Assembly (NCBI GenBank): GCA_030141605.1
Contig: JAQGDQ010000020.1
Span: forward strand, 682,001-746,000
Source: Tubiluchus corallicola
Lineage: Eukaryota; Animalia; Priapulida
Direction of reading: 5' to 3'
DNA: 64,000 nucleotides
Below, one piece after another: positions 27,720 through 41,900 of the stretch; position 1 is the first letter of the stretch, and every line of letters begins with the position of its first letter. Below the pieces are notes generated by a model. That model saw only the letters and a program-made list of their open reading frames with translations, did not search any database and was not told where the DNA came from. A program made the translations under genes and the position numbers.

Positions 27720-30700
27720 ATGGCAAATTTGCAAGACGTCAAAGTAAAAGACTCGATTACTATTTGTCAAATCAATATAAACAATATGTCAGATAGATCG
27801 AGGTTAGCTTTAGACAATTACGCAAACAGTATGTCTTTTGATGTGGTGGCAGTACAGGAAACGAAAATCACTAAAAATTTACAGCCAAAATTAACAAATT
27901 ACAAAGGTTATTTCAAAGAAGGCGTGAGCAATTACTCTGGTGGAGTAGCCTTGTATATAAAAGAAAATATTGCTAGTAACATGTTGTACTTATCAGATGC
28001 AAGCGATTCAGATTTAGATGTTGTATGGGTTATCTTAAATACGCCGCATACTAAAATGTTAATAGGATCTGTATATATAAAACCAAATTCACCTGAACAA
28101 ATGAGAAAATGGTTATTAATGTACAAGAAAGCAGCTTCTTTCGGCAGTAAACACGGTATATACAGTATTGCGGCTATAGGCGATCTAAACGCCCGTAATA
28201 TTCTCTGGGATAGGATTGACAATGAACATGGCATACAACTTCACAACTTCGTAAATCAGGCCAATGGTGAGCACGTCATTATTACGCCAAACGAACCCAC
28301 ATTCAGTTCTGCAACAGGTTCTAGTACGATTGATGTTATATTAGCTATCCAAAACTTTTCTGCCCAACTTTGTCAGCAATATGTAGAGAAAGATACAGAG
28401 CTCTTTTCGGGAGCACCCCAAATGGGCCACTTTGTTGTTATAAGTAAAATTAAATGTAAACTATCGGAAAGTGATAAAGTAGTTCGTTGTGTGTACGATT
28501 TTAAGAATAGTGATTGGTACAGATGGTCAGGTGTTCTGGAACGTAAAGTAAGAGAACAATTTCATGAACTAAATCAACTTATTCAGGCCAAAGATGTTCA
28601 GAGTGCTTGGGTACAGCTCCGAAAGGTCATAGAAAATGCAAACGAAGAAGCACTAAATAAGAAAATGATAACAAAATTTAGCAAACCTTTCTGGTCTAGT
28701 CAGTTAACAAAATTAAGTAATAAAGTGAGGCTTTGCAGGAAAAATTACCTGCAGATGTCCAATTACGAAAACAAGCAATCTTATGTGGAAGCCAAGTCAG
28801 AGTTTAGTGACGCGCTGCATTTAGAAATGAATAAGTGGATTGACAAAAATACTGAAAACTTAAATGTAGCACAAGGTAAGGAGTTCTGGAAAACATATAA
28901 ACGCGTTTTTGAAACTAAATCCAGTAACGAAATAGAAAGCCTAAAAGTGCAGGGTAAAGATTACGTAAGTGATGATGACAAAAGTAAACTCATGTACAAA
29001 ACATTTTTAGTGGAGAACATATAAATCCTAATTCATTTGATAATGCATGGTTTGAAGAAATCGAAGAAATTGTTGACCAGCAAATTGATCAACAAATAGC
29101 TGTGGAGCATACATGGCTAAATGATAAATTTAACATGAGGGAACTAAATAATGCGATAAAAAGTGTTAAAACAAATAACACGAGCATAGACATTCATGGG
29201 TTTCATCCACTAATGATAAAAAACATGGGATTTTGGGCTAAAGCCACCTTTCTCAATATAGTCAACATTTGCTTAGGCAGCAATATTTGGCCATGGAATG
29301 ACTCAAAGGTTACATTTATAAAAAAAATGGCAAGTCCGATTATAGTGACCCTAATAATTATAGACCTATCAGCATTACCTCCTACTATGGAAAACTAGCA
29401 GAAAAGCTTGTTGAAAATCGTGTAAGACAATTTTGTAATGCATATGACATTATTGATGATGAGCAAGAAGGCTTCAGGCCCAGACACAGTACAGTACGCT
29501 ACTTGGTCAGGCTTATTTCTAACCTGACTAGAACAAATTTACTTAAAACAAGCTGCATTGCAATTCTTTGCGACTTTCAAAAAGCTTTCGATAGTGTTTG
29601 GATAAAGGGGCTATTGTACAAGTTGTATCAATATGGTATTAAAGGAAACATGTTGTGTCTTATTAGTACATTTTTAAAAAATAGGAATATTGTTTTACGT
29701 ATTAATGGTCACACATCTCCAAAGTACAATTGTCAGTTGGGTCTCCCACAAGGTTCCGTTTTGTCACCATTACTGTTTTTGTTGTATGTTATTGACATGT
29801 TTGAATCAATAGATGATGAAGTAAGCTGTGGAAAATTTAAATATGCAGATGATGGTTCTTTGCTAATCGCAGCTGACACAAACTATGAATGTTATTTAAA
29901 AGCACAAAAATGTTGTGATAAACTGTACACTTGGTGTAAGAAGTGGCGGATGAACATAAACTGTGCCAAAAACAAAACTGAAGCCATTTTGTACAAGAAC
30001 TCAAAAATTTTGAATTGGGAACCAGATCCACCAAACCTCAAGTTTGGAAATAATCCTATTGATTATGTAAGAAAAAGCAAAGTGCTGGGTGTCACAGTGG
30101 ACAATCAATTAAATTTTAACACTCACGTGCTAGATACCAGGAAAAGGGCGTGGAAAACATGGCACCAGATAAAGCAGTTTTGTTTCCGGCACAAAGGTTT
30201 GCATATGAAGACAATTTTGAGACTTTTTAATATCATGGTACTTCCAACGATTTTGTACGCCTCGATAGCATGGTTAGCAAAGAACATCACGGCTTTTGAT
30301 GATATACTATATGATATGTTAAAAACGGCAACAGGAGTAGGTTTTAATCCTCCAAGAATTGAAACTGAATTAATTACAGGACTACCATCAATGGATGTTA
30401 TTTATTCTGTTTTATCTGTTAAGTCAGTATTGAAATTACTTACTTTACCTGCAGATGACTTAGTCAGAAAAGAACTAATTAAGGCGGATGAGAATTACAT
30501 CAGTGCTGAATATTGGAACCATTTCCTGGCAGAACACCTAAATAAGACTAGATTATTCTTAAAAACCATTAAAGGTCTAAACGCAAATCGAAATGAAATG
30601 TTACAGTCAATTCCACAAGACAATTTAAAATACACAAAGAAAGAATGTCAAAAATTCCTAGAGTTTCTATGGAAAAGAAAACTGTTGCTGGAAACCAGTT

Positions 30701-31088
30701 AGCTGGAAACCCTTTGGAAGAAGTTAAAGTTTGTGCAAAACCTTTAGATCTGCAAATAACAAGAAATGAACGTGTTATTGAAACCATTGCTTTCAACTTA
30801 TTATTAGGGAGAGGTTGTAATGAATTTAGCAATAGAATCGGTCTGATAGAAGCTGATATGTGTAAATGCAATGCAAACAGCCAAACGCCAGAACATATAA
30901 TTTTTAACTGTCCTCTAATAAAAGACGAACTCAGAAGGAAACTTGAAACTGCACTCCCATCTAGGCAACTTAAGGATATATACAGAATAAGAAGTAGAAA
31001 TGCTATTAATGCGTTTGTAGAAATTGTTAAAAATGCTAAAGAGGAAAATATAGCCGAAAAAACGTGGAGTTTATTTTTAAAAATGTGA
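27720..31088 (+). CDS. LINE ORF2: AP endonuclease, reverse transcriptase and C-terminal CCHC; about 1123 aa after correcting three -1 frameshifts
   Basis: EN motifs QININN, VAVQET, GGVALYI, IGDLNA, PTF..STID. RT motifs NYRPISITS, QEGFRPRHST, DFQKAFDSVW, GLPQGSVLSPLLF, YADD, VLGVTVD. C-terminal CKCNANSQTPEHIIFNC. Frameshifts fall in the T-run near 29004-29008, the A-run near 29320-29327 and the A-run near 30678-30681. Confidence 0.92.
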
Positions 31089-31411
31089 AGTCCAGTCACT
31101 GTCATTTTATATAATTAGATTGCTACCCGTCAATGAAAATATAAAAGTAAGAGTTATTTATAAAATTAGGTAAATATAAATTTAAATGTAAATCTAGCTA
31201 TGTTGCCTCTAGTTGTTGATATGTTTTTGTATATAAGCGTTTTACTGTTATCATAGTCACAAATGATATTAAAAGGGATAATTGTAATTATTTTCCAACT
31301 TATTATAATCATGTTCATACTGGTCCCTGCAAATAGAGGGAATTTATGTATATTATGTATGTATTTATGTTAATATATATAATAAAATAGAGTTGTAATA
31401 ATAATAAAAAA

Positions 31412-31430
31412 TCTCTCTCTCTCTCTCTCT

Positions 31431-31466
<36 letters not shown>
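31412..31466. repeat. (TC)9 followed by (TA)n compound microsatellite, 3' flank of the LINE
   Basis: tctctc... at 31412-31430, then ttc, then (TA)n at 31434-31466. Confidence 0.95.
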
Positions 31467-31468
<2 letters not shown>

Positions 31469-32299
31469 TATTTTCAATGCCGTGAGCAATGTCTAGGGGT
31501 CAGTGAATTGTTATAAAAATTATTAAGAAAAAACAACTTTAGATCCGTGACAGATGAAAACGTAAATCATAAACGGAACCATGAGTCATTTATGCAACAG
31601 TTACAACTAAAACACAGGGTGGTACACAACCTTTTGCGTTGGAACAAAAATAAGTAGTACACCTAATTATTGTTCAGGGAATATGCCATCAAAATATGGT
31701 AAAAGCCTATTAGATATAGCACAGCCTACAATAATGAAAAGGTGACTGGAGTAGGGACTCGAAGAACTCAAGGCCCTCCAACACATAAGTTTAGTTGAAT
31801 ACTGACCATGGCTTATTTTTGTCATCTTTTAGTTTTATCTCTTATCATTCATCTTCCACTTTGTCTTTCGGGATAGCTAATTTGTTAACGGGTTTGAGGT
31901 CCGGTGAACTTCCAAGCCATTTAGGTCAATCGATAAATTACTCCCAGCATTTTTAGGTCAGTGCTCCGTTCGTACCCTCCAAATTACGTGAAAGACCAGA
32001 TTGTGTGAAGACACGCGAGGTTTCCATACTATGTTCTAAAGGCATAATAGATTCTCTATTATTTCTGCAATCCTTTGACGTAATAAATTATTCTGTATAT
32101 CTGTACCCCCGTACTCATTGCACTCATCGCGTATAAGTAAATTTCATATACAGCTACCCGAGGATAAAGCTACAGAGTAATAGCATATTTCAAAACACAC
32201 TCCGTCTATTTGAAAAATATTATCAATTGTCTAAACTTCAGGATATAAATTGGAAAGTTTCACAAATATCTTGAACCAAAACACCAACTGGATCGTCAG

Positions 32300-32490
32300 C
32301 AGCTCTGGTGGGAGTTGGGGATGTTGCTTAGGAAGGATGACCCATGCCTGTCTGGGAAGATACGTTGGCGATTAAGGCGGCATACAAGATAGGGGGCGAC
32401 TAGTCCGTTGCTCGGCTGCCTTCTTCCCCCTGCACACGACCAGGTACTCAGTTAAGGGTGAGTAGGCTTAGGAAAAGCGATCAGAAAGTT
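32300..32490 (-). mobile_element. Possible SINE remnant
   Basis: GC-richer island; minus strand agcctactcacccttaactgagtacctgg resembles a conserved metazoan SINE central domain (from memory). Confidence 0.3.
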
Positions 32491-35400
32491 CTGATTAGGT
32501 GGTAAATAATGGTACTCTCGCACACCTTATCCTGTAATAATAGTCACAGCCGGGGCGAAATGATAATTAAAGACGTGTACCTTATAAGCATTTCTGATAT
32601 CACCAATCCTGGCATCCTGGTTATGCGGTGCTGACAAGCAATGTGCGTATCTTTTTAATGCTGGCCAGTATTTAGCCTTTGTATTTTTCCGTTTTGTAGC
32701 AACCCAACCCGTTCGTCAAACCGGGGCTACGTTTATCTGCATAATTGCAACTCATTTATCAATTACACAGAAGCAGTTCGCGTTTTACATGCATGCATTA
32801 GCAGTAATTAACATACAGCCAAATTGTCTATTAATTTCTTTATGAAAACGCTTTATTATATTTAACCAATCATCCAGTCAGCTCGGCAAAATAATTTGTT
32901 TAGCGTTCAGCTTTTATGAAAAGTAAAATGAGCAATGAGCTAGACTTTTAAAAACATAAAATGAAGCCTAGTGTCATTATACCACTCTAATTACAGCCAA
33001 ACTGGAAGCCAAAATTATACTACTTAATATATGTACATGTACGCCTATAAGCGTGTAATGCATCATAAGGCTAGTTTTATAAAAAAAATTATTTCTTAAT
33101 TAACAAACCAACCTCACGGGACGACAGTCAGCTCGTTTTTAATAAAAAAGTTAGTTCACTAATTTATTGTTTCTGGAGAACAGCATTTCGTTGCTGGTTA
33201 AATGATCATGATTCCATCCATTTACTAATATACATCTACAGGTTAATGAAAATTACGGATTTTCCAAGAAACAGCTTATATAATGTTTATGATATAGAAA
33301 ATACCTTTTGCCATTTTTTAAATTATTTTCAAGCGCACCAAACTGTATACATATACAAGCTGACGGTGCAGCATCTTGTTACATTTATCATGTTCCCTGC
33401 TCCTAACAGGAATTCCTCTAGAGTTTCAATACCACCACTATGAAGCTCATGAATTGATCGTACCGCAATATACAAGTACAAATCAAAGCTTAAAAATGTA
33501 GACCTTGGTCTACTCCAGCAAAGTTCGCAGAACAAAAACGAGTAATAAATACAGACCCGATCAAACTACACATTCTAAATTTAATAACTATTATTCCATT
33601 AATCGTGTCATAAATTTTTCATGATTATTTACATACACTTTTTGACGTTCACAATAAAATATGCACACGTACCCATACATGAAATATACTGCATAAGACG
33701 AAAACTACTCAAGTCATCCTTAAAAACGAATCAGGTAAATTAAAATGAAAAACAGCAATTATTAGTTTGACTATACACTACCGTACTGGTTAAGAAAAAA
33801 AACAAATCATAACTGAATTACGCAAATATTACCAGCAATTCAGTATCAAAAACTCCAAACACAAAACAAGAAAATATTATAAACGGACTAGTTCCAAGTT
33901 GTGAACTGATAGCTAAACACATATGCATGTCCAGAAAGTCAAACTGCAAATTACTTTCTTTTTAGATAAAAAACTGAAGATTCGCGTAAGTTAAAAGCAA
34001 ATTTTCTGCACATAGCAGTTTCACGTTCACACAGTGCAGCTGCGTCTAGTTAAATTAACCTTCGGTGAGAACGTGACTAGCTTCTTTAGTTAGTTAAATA
34101 TGACCTTCACGTGATCTCCTGAATAAGAAACTAAATTAGCACCCAAGGTGAATCAATTCTGCAGTCAACCGTTACTCATGAAAAAATAGCATGCAGTTAT
34201 AGAAATGATAGTTTTGCTTCTTTCGTAATAACAGGCATTACTTTAATAATAAGCAGTAACTAGAAACCATTAGAGAAGGAATGGACTGTCATAAATAAGT
34301 GCTAAGGACCAATATTGCAGTCAAAAACAACGCCATAAATACATTGCACCATTATATAGATACAAGCATTGCGTATCTATTACAGACACTGTTTTTACTC
34401 GGCTCAGATTCGCTGGTGAATCAATTTTATACCTTTATGCAAACTACGGGGAAAACAGGATGACACGCTGTATATATTTCTTAATGATACTGTTGTGATA
34501 TGCAGCAATTTTACTTTAACAGTTTGGTTAATGTCTTACTAAACTTCCCACTGTATGGAATGGATTATTGAGAAGCAGTACGAAATTCGCATGTTATGTA
34601 AACCGGGCTGGATTGTTTGTGATAAGCAATGGATTCACATGGTTGTAAACATTTAATAGGTTAAATGTGTATTGTTCATTTCCTCTTTTGTTGCTGTTAT
34701 TTCTTTGAGTGGATTTATACTCGCTACCTATGTTCCTGTACATGTATTATGAATATACGCTTTATGCATATGTCCATGTAATAAATGCCACAGTATGTCA
34801 CGACCTGATCTATTTGCATGTAATGTTTTGAACCTTCATAAAGAACAAAGCTTCCCTCAGCGCAGTAATCAGTAGATGCTGACATATTCAATAAGAGAAC
34901 ACGATATAATTCGTCACTATGACTAGCTGATTTGAGCAAACAACCTTTGTTTTTAACTGTGATATTATTTCTACTAAACTCTCCTGACACATAACCCTAA
35001 TAACAGATATTACATAGGGCTATAAAACTTCTTTATGTTGTGCTTTTCAGTTAGCATTAATAACTGGGTATTACTGTGTAGTGCATAAAAACAGTATAAA
35101 TTTTGTTTAAATTTACAATTAATAACTTCTAAATAACTTATTCATCCTTATCTCTCGCACAATATTATAGTTAAAATGGATTTGTGTGTTATAAATAAAT
35201 GCTAAACACCAACCATTATCGCAAACAAAAACAAATTTCTATGCTTGAAACACTGTTAGCACGATCCAAAAATCCAACATACATAGTTAACTGCAGTGAG
35301 GTGTGTTCTGTTTTCTAGATCACTTAGACGATTGGAGTCTAAAAAGCCCATTGCTGCTGAGCCTTTAACCCAATTGCCCACTAATATGCTTTTAGTTAAT

Positions 35401-35945
35401 TGGTCCATAAGTCTCGATCCCAGTCAAATCCCTATCATGTCAGTCACTAGTATAACTGGCTATTAAACAAACATGCTAGATATAGGTATGACATAAATCA
35501 AAGTATAAGAAAAAATCATTCTGCACTGAATATTGAGTTAACAATGAACAACTTAAACAACATCAACTGCAGATAAAATACAAATTTACTGATCTTATAA
35601 TGAGACTGTGTTTAAAGATTTGTTTATACAACTAATGAGTTTGTATTTTATCTACAGTTGGTGTTATTTACATTAGTCTTTGTTACTGTCAATCTAGATT
35701 TGCAGAGTCACACTTTTCTGCATATTTTAGTGACAATTTGGACAAAAGACAATTTTAATAAATTGGCAACAGTAAAGATGATAACAAGCAGCTATTAACT
35801 ACATCTATTTACAAACTATACAGGCAAACATAATAGTATCTCATAAGAATGATAATCCAATTCAATTCTTCCATCATCACTATCACCATCATCAAACATC
35901 CTAATAATTATCACATGAATACAAATATCTAATTTTCATCTAATA

Positions 35946-38900
35946 TTAACTTTGACTGCCAGCAGATGGCCCGTTGGTTTCATCATCACCGAGGTTTATA
36001 AGAACATCTTCTGAAGATTCTTTATGTTTTTGTTGCTGTTCTTGCCACATACTGCCGTAAGCTCCATTTTGTAGTAATAATTCATCGTGCCTCCCTCGCT
36101 CAATAATTTCCCCCTCTCGCAATACCAGTATTAAATCTGCATGTATTATAGTTGATAGTCTGCAAATGAGGTTAAAATGAGAGAGAATCAATATTTCTTT
36201 ACTAAAGTGACCAACAGCAGTCAGTCAACTTATCCAACTTTACTGCATTTTAAAATAATAAAAGTTGTTGGAGTCTTGCCTATGTTGTCAGCTGCTGGTT
36301 CGGCAACTCTAAGAGAAATTGTGTTAGGGATAATTAAGAAACTCAAACAACATTTCAATAATTTATAATACCTGTACAAAAGGTATAATACTTAATGTTT
36401 CAGTAAGTAAACTATTATATACACAAGTGCATTTACAGAAATTCATTCAAAACATCACGCTCGTATAAGCCACAACGATACCTTTTTCAGGCATCAAAAA
36501 ATTGAATTCGTGACAATGAAATTATATTAGTGTTAAGAATAATAAATCAGAGAAAGCCTAAATGACATTATAGCAGGTATTACTGATTAAGTCTCCCTCT
36601 CAAATTTTCTGTCAAAAAATGCTCACACAAATCAGCTGGCTGCATGACTTTATCTGGTCTTAATTTTTCTGTCATCTAACAATCTTTTAACACAAGGAGA
36701 CAATAAATTACAATTACAATACTTTTCTATCACTTTTTTGTTTTTTGGTTCAAGGTTAGAGTACCTCTCATCACACATCATTCGAAAAAGTTACGACAGA
36801 GTTAGATAACTCACAAATCCATGTATTCTAATACTAAAGCTCAATGATGTAGATCACCAGTACCATAGATACTATCCATTCTGATGGAGATACATTCTAA
36901 ATACAATGCGGACGTCTCAAGAAATGTCCACAAGTCTTTACTAATTTATTTTAATTATCCTTTACTTATCTTTAAATGAAAGTCCAGGCTTGTTCAAAAA
37001 CTTTGCAAATGTAGCCTATTAAATATTAGGGAAAACAGCAGCCATACTAAATGTAAGAGTAAAACAAAAATTAGCCTTCCCAGCAAAAAATCACTGACAA
37101 CTGTGTTATACCTGTGAGCCACTACCAAAGTGGTTCTTCCTGCGCAAACCCTTGCTAAAGACGACTGAATTGCTCGCTCAGTTTTAGTATCCAAAGCAGA
37201 TGTTGCCTGTCAAATATGCATATGAATTAATCAAAAAACTAGACAAGATACTCACAGTCAAAATATCACACCACTAGTTCATTAAATATCATTAAGCACT
37301 ATACTATATTTACTATTTACTTTTTACTTTTAATTAACAAATACCCAACAATAAAGAAATGGAAAAGGAACAGAGGGATTTTATTTATACAGTGAAAACT
37401 TGCAAAATATACCTGTTCACATAGTGAAGACTGCAATCTGGTGTATGATATGTATGAAAGTAGTGACCATTGTATCAGCTAAAGCTATTCAGACAGTTAA
37501 AACAGTGACTAATGCATAACACTGCTATTTACAAAGTGAAAACTGTGATTATTCCCACAGCGAAAACTGCTAATGGTGCACAATATGAATATTAATATAA
37601 TCGTGTTATTAATGTGCCTTTGCCTCCCAGCAAAAACAGTATATAGTGGTACTATTTGTAAACACATCGATATTCAAGTCGTGATTTATTTTCGAGATTA
37701 TTTGTATTCACACACTGCTATGGAACAACAATGAATTATGAATAAAAGTGATCTGTGAATACTGTTTTGGTAGCACAGCATACATTGCTAAGCCTTTGTT
37801 TAGCTAAGTAATTAAATAATGTCAGTATTGTCGTTTGTACCATACAGTGTTGTACTGTGAACTATGCCTTACACTACTATTCCTAAATATAATTTGAAAT
37901 TTTTTATTTGTAAGCTGTTTGCGAGCAACTATCGAAATTTAGAACTACTATTCATTTATGTTAATTTTTGCAATTCATAGGCTCAATTGTTTTTAAAAAA
38001 TAATACCTACATTAATAACTCCACAAAATTAGCCTAAATTAAGAACTCACATACATAGTACAGCAGTAATATAATATTATAAAACAAAATTTCACCCAGC
38101 AAATTAAAAACCTTGTTTCTTGAAATTATATTTAAAACAGCACATGTTCATACTTTCAATCTGAAATATTTGTTTGCCATCAGGATAACCAGTTTAAGAA
38201 CTATAGCTTACTAACTGCATAAATCATTTAATTTCAATCAATTTTTTGATGTCTACTTGCAATCATCACATGCTTCTAAAACTTTCCCTTCCACATAGAT
38301 AAGCATCCCTTTACTTTTCCAGTACAAAAACCAAAATGCTTGCAAGATGTTTTATATTTAAGTTGTTCATTATACAAAAGTTCAAAATGCTAACCATGAG
38401 ATAGACATTAACTTTTCTTACTTGTTCTACTCACTGCAATTAAAATTTTTTCGAGAGTTAATTGTGCTAATGTCAAAACCAAAGCTATCTTAGATAGTCA
38501 AAACTGTTAAATCTCAAGTAATAAGTGATTTTACTAAAATTAGGGAAAAAGTATAAGAAATCTTCACCTCATCAAGCAAGACAATCTGGGGAGCCTTCAG
38601 TATCGTCCTAGCAATGGCCACTCGTTGCTTTTCTCCACCACTCAGTTTTAACCCACGTTCTCCTACTGTTGTGTCATAACCTGTAACAAACAGTTTACAA
38701 CTATTATAACATACATGGATTTTCATCAATATTAAACCACTAAAACCACTGCCCTTCACAGGTGTGTACCATATTTTTCACCACATGAAATGTGCTTTTT
38801 TCCAGCAGAAAGTCAAAAACCATGCTAAAAGCAGCTTGGATCTTATTGAGGAGGCCTAATATAGACGACAACGCTATTGCTGCACTTATAACAGGCAAAT

Positions 38901-41900
38901 ATACTAATGGCAATTGACATGCGCACCTTTTATTGCAGGTTAAATGATTACAGATGAAGGTCAAGCTAAAAACCACTTTTAACTTTTAAATTATGTCTTA
39001 TACAACCGCTTCTATCATGCAAATATGAAATGACTAGAGCTCACAATCTTGTAACTTGATACACTAGCAGTTGTGCACTGGGTAGTGTGACTCAAAGAAA
39101 CAATCAGGACAAAGTCGTCTGCAAATTGTAAATGTGAATCATGAGCCATTACTGAGTTTAAAACCTAACAGAGGCTAAAAATCTGTTAATTTTGATTTTG
39201 CTCTACAAAATGAGGGTGCCACTTATATGTCAGTGCATCTTACAGGGCAGAAATACAGTAGCTTATTATAACAGCTATCATCAACTAGTGCTACCTACCA
39301 TCAGGAAATGTAGTTATCCTGTCATGTATTTCAGCAGCTCTCGCAGCCTTTTCCACCTCTTCATCTTCTGCAGTCACTCGGCCATACCTAACATTGTACC
39401 TGGATAATACAAAACATAAAAAACAATATTTAAGACAGAGAAATGTGCATAAAGAAGCAGAAGACTTTGAGCACATAAATTACAAAATAATGTACTGTTT
39501 TTTACAATTTTTTTTTTGCACTGAACCAGCAATGCCAGAAAATTTCTCATTATCACAGTTTTGTCAATCAAATAATTTACTTAAACTCGGCATAGTTAAG
39601 AATCCTGTGAAAAACATATTTAGTTGGACAAGGTTATCACAATGCTAGAGCATCAGATCAAAGTCATTTTAAGTTTTGATGGAGCTTGTGCATTCAAACC
39701 TGTGAACACCAGGAGAATGTATTAAGAAAACCATATGATCGGCAGGTGTGTTTTTTTAATGATGACATCAGAAAAAAGACATTCATAAACATTTACGAAG
39801 TGTCCCACGTTGCCTGACATCAAGGTTGTCAAACTTAAAAATGCAGTGGCTTTGCTACCATGTGACAACCATCAATCCAATGTCCAAATAAGAAGCAAGA
39901 AAATGTAAAGCGTACTCAAGTCATCACGCAAATATTCAGGATAGGGTAAAAGCAGATGTCATGCTCAACTGCATGGCTGGCTTCTCTTATTATATTAATT
40001 ATATGTGTCTTGAGTAAGACAAGTATGTGACAATTCAGTTATCATCACAGTAAAATAAGCTTGAAGGCTTTTGTTTGACTTCTTGCTAGCCGAATAATGG
40101 TACTTTTTCTGACTATAACTAATCTCACATGGCAAGTTGCAAAACTTTTTATAGAGGTATCAAAGTACCCAATTTTCAAAATTATTTGGATTTCAATTTG
40201 TTTAGAAAACAGTTAAAAACAGTTACTTGGCATTCAGGAAGTCAAATAACTCACACAATATTAGCTTTTATGTGCAGTAGATAACATAACTGGGCAAAAC
40301 AAACTTACATGATGTTGTCGTTAAAAAGAACAGTATCCTGAGGGACTACGCCAATAGTCTTTCTAAGAGAAGACTGTTTAACCTGTAAAAAAAAGTAATG
40401 TAGAATCTGTGATAAAAATGCTCAAATGGGGAAATTTAAAAATTATTCATTCTACAGCACATAGTGTGCTCCATAATTTAAACAGTAAGGTAATGTGCTA
40501 ATGCTAATGTTAAGTGCTCATAAAGGAGACCACCTTTTTCAACATAAGACTCAGAGTACTCATAGAAAAGCATCTCGCTGCCAATTATATAGAAATTAGT
40601 CACTCATACAAAAAACTTTAATAAGTGTGCACACGAAAGATAGTAGACTTCAAAGTATAAATTAATTCATCACACTGCCCAGTTTATAAATTAGCATCCT
40701 CATTCATATTACCTGCGAGATATCTTGATCATCGATAAGTATACTGCCACTATTTACATCGTAGAACCTGAATATCAAACGAACAATGGTGCTTTTTCCA
40801 CTTCCTGTATGACCAACCTGCATCAGAAAATACTCACCCATAAAATCACTGCAGATATATAAATGTTAACTGCACAATTATTAATGATTAATGGTATTTT
40901 TCATGCAATTCAGCATTCAGTGAGCTGAGACCCAGCACACTGTTCCAAGACCTACTCAACATACAAACTCGTAGCAGGATAATTCTCTAAGATAAAACAC
41001 ATGACCAGCAAAAGTATCTCAGCTACATTTGTGTATATGCTGTCTCAGTAAGACTATATTTCCCTCAGGCAGTACGACAAATGAAACAGCTTAGAAGGAG
41101 TATTGTACCCATGATATCTTATACTGCTTGTCCTGCTAAACTATAAATCTCTGTTTTTAAATTTTTAAAAACCTCTGCATTATTCAAATGCTACTGATTA
41201 AAAAATCTAAACATACCAATGCCACTGTTTGTCCAGGCTCGACAGTAAACGAAACAGACTTCAATATTTGCCTCCTTCACAAATACAAGAAAAAAATTGA
41301 TACTAAATGCTTTTCAGAAGTGATCCCTTAAATTAAGCAGGAAAGACAATAAAAAAACTCCTAGAATCTGGAAATACCATATATACGTGTGTACAAGTCA
41401 GCATTATGTACGAGTCGGTGTTGTACATTTTAAGACCAAAAATTGCATCATTTTATATATTACCTGTGCACAATTCCACCATAAAATATTAAGATCTTCC
41501 AAAGTAAATGATGTCAACAATGGCCGAGTAATAAATCAATAGCAGCCTACTGTGTTAGTGTGTAAGATACGTACAAGTGCCTGGGCCAAGTATATTATAT
41601 CTAACCAGTGTGTGGTGTGTGTGTGTGTGTGTGTGTGTATTCATGTTGAGGGCCCTCAATGCAATCCAAGATAATACAGCCTGGCCTTTCATCGTGCATA
41701 ATTTGTTTGTAATGCCTTTAACTCTAGGATATAGCGGTCAGGATCCGTCGTAACATTTCAGTCGCTGATTTCTCACTTATAACTAAAAACTCATATCTGA
41801 AACGTCACAGTTTAATTCAGTAACATCATAAGCAATTCCATGTTCTGATCAAGTGCTCCGTCGCTAGTTTATTTACTGGTAATATATAAATTTTAACTTA

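Noticed and set aside
26275-31105. Antisense ORFs within the LINE (26275-26568, 26646-27023, 27932-28234, 30569-31105)
   Set aside because: They are shadows of the sense ORFs with no recognisable motifs.
35990-36025. Acidic dileucine-like sorting motif (SSEDVLI) in the ABCB6 tail
   Set aside because: The spacing does not fit [DE]xxxL[LI] or DxxLL.
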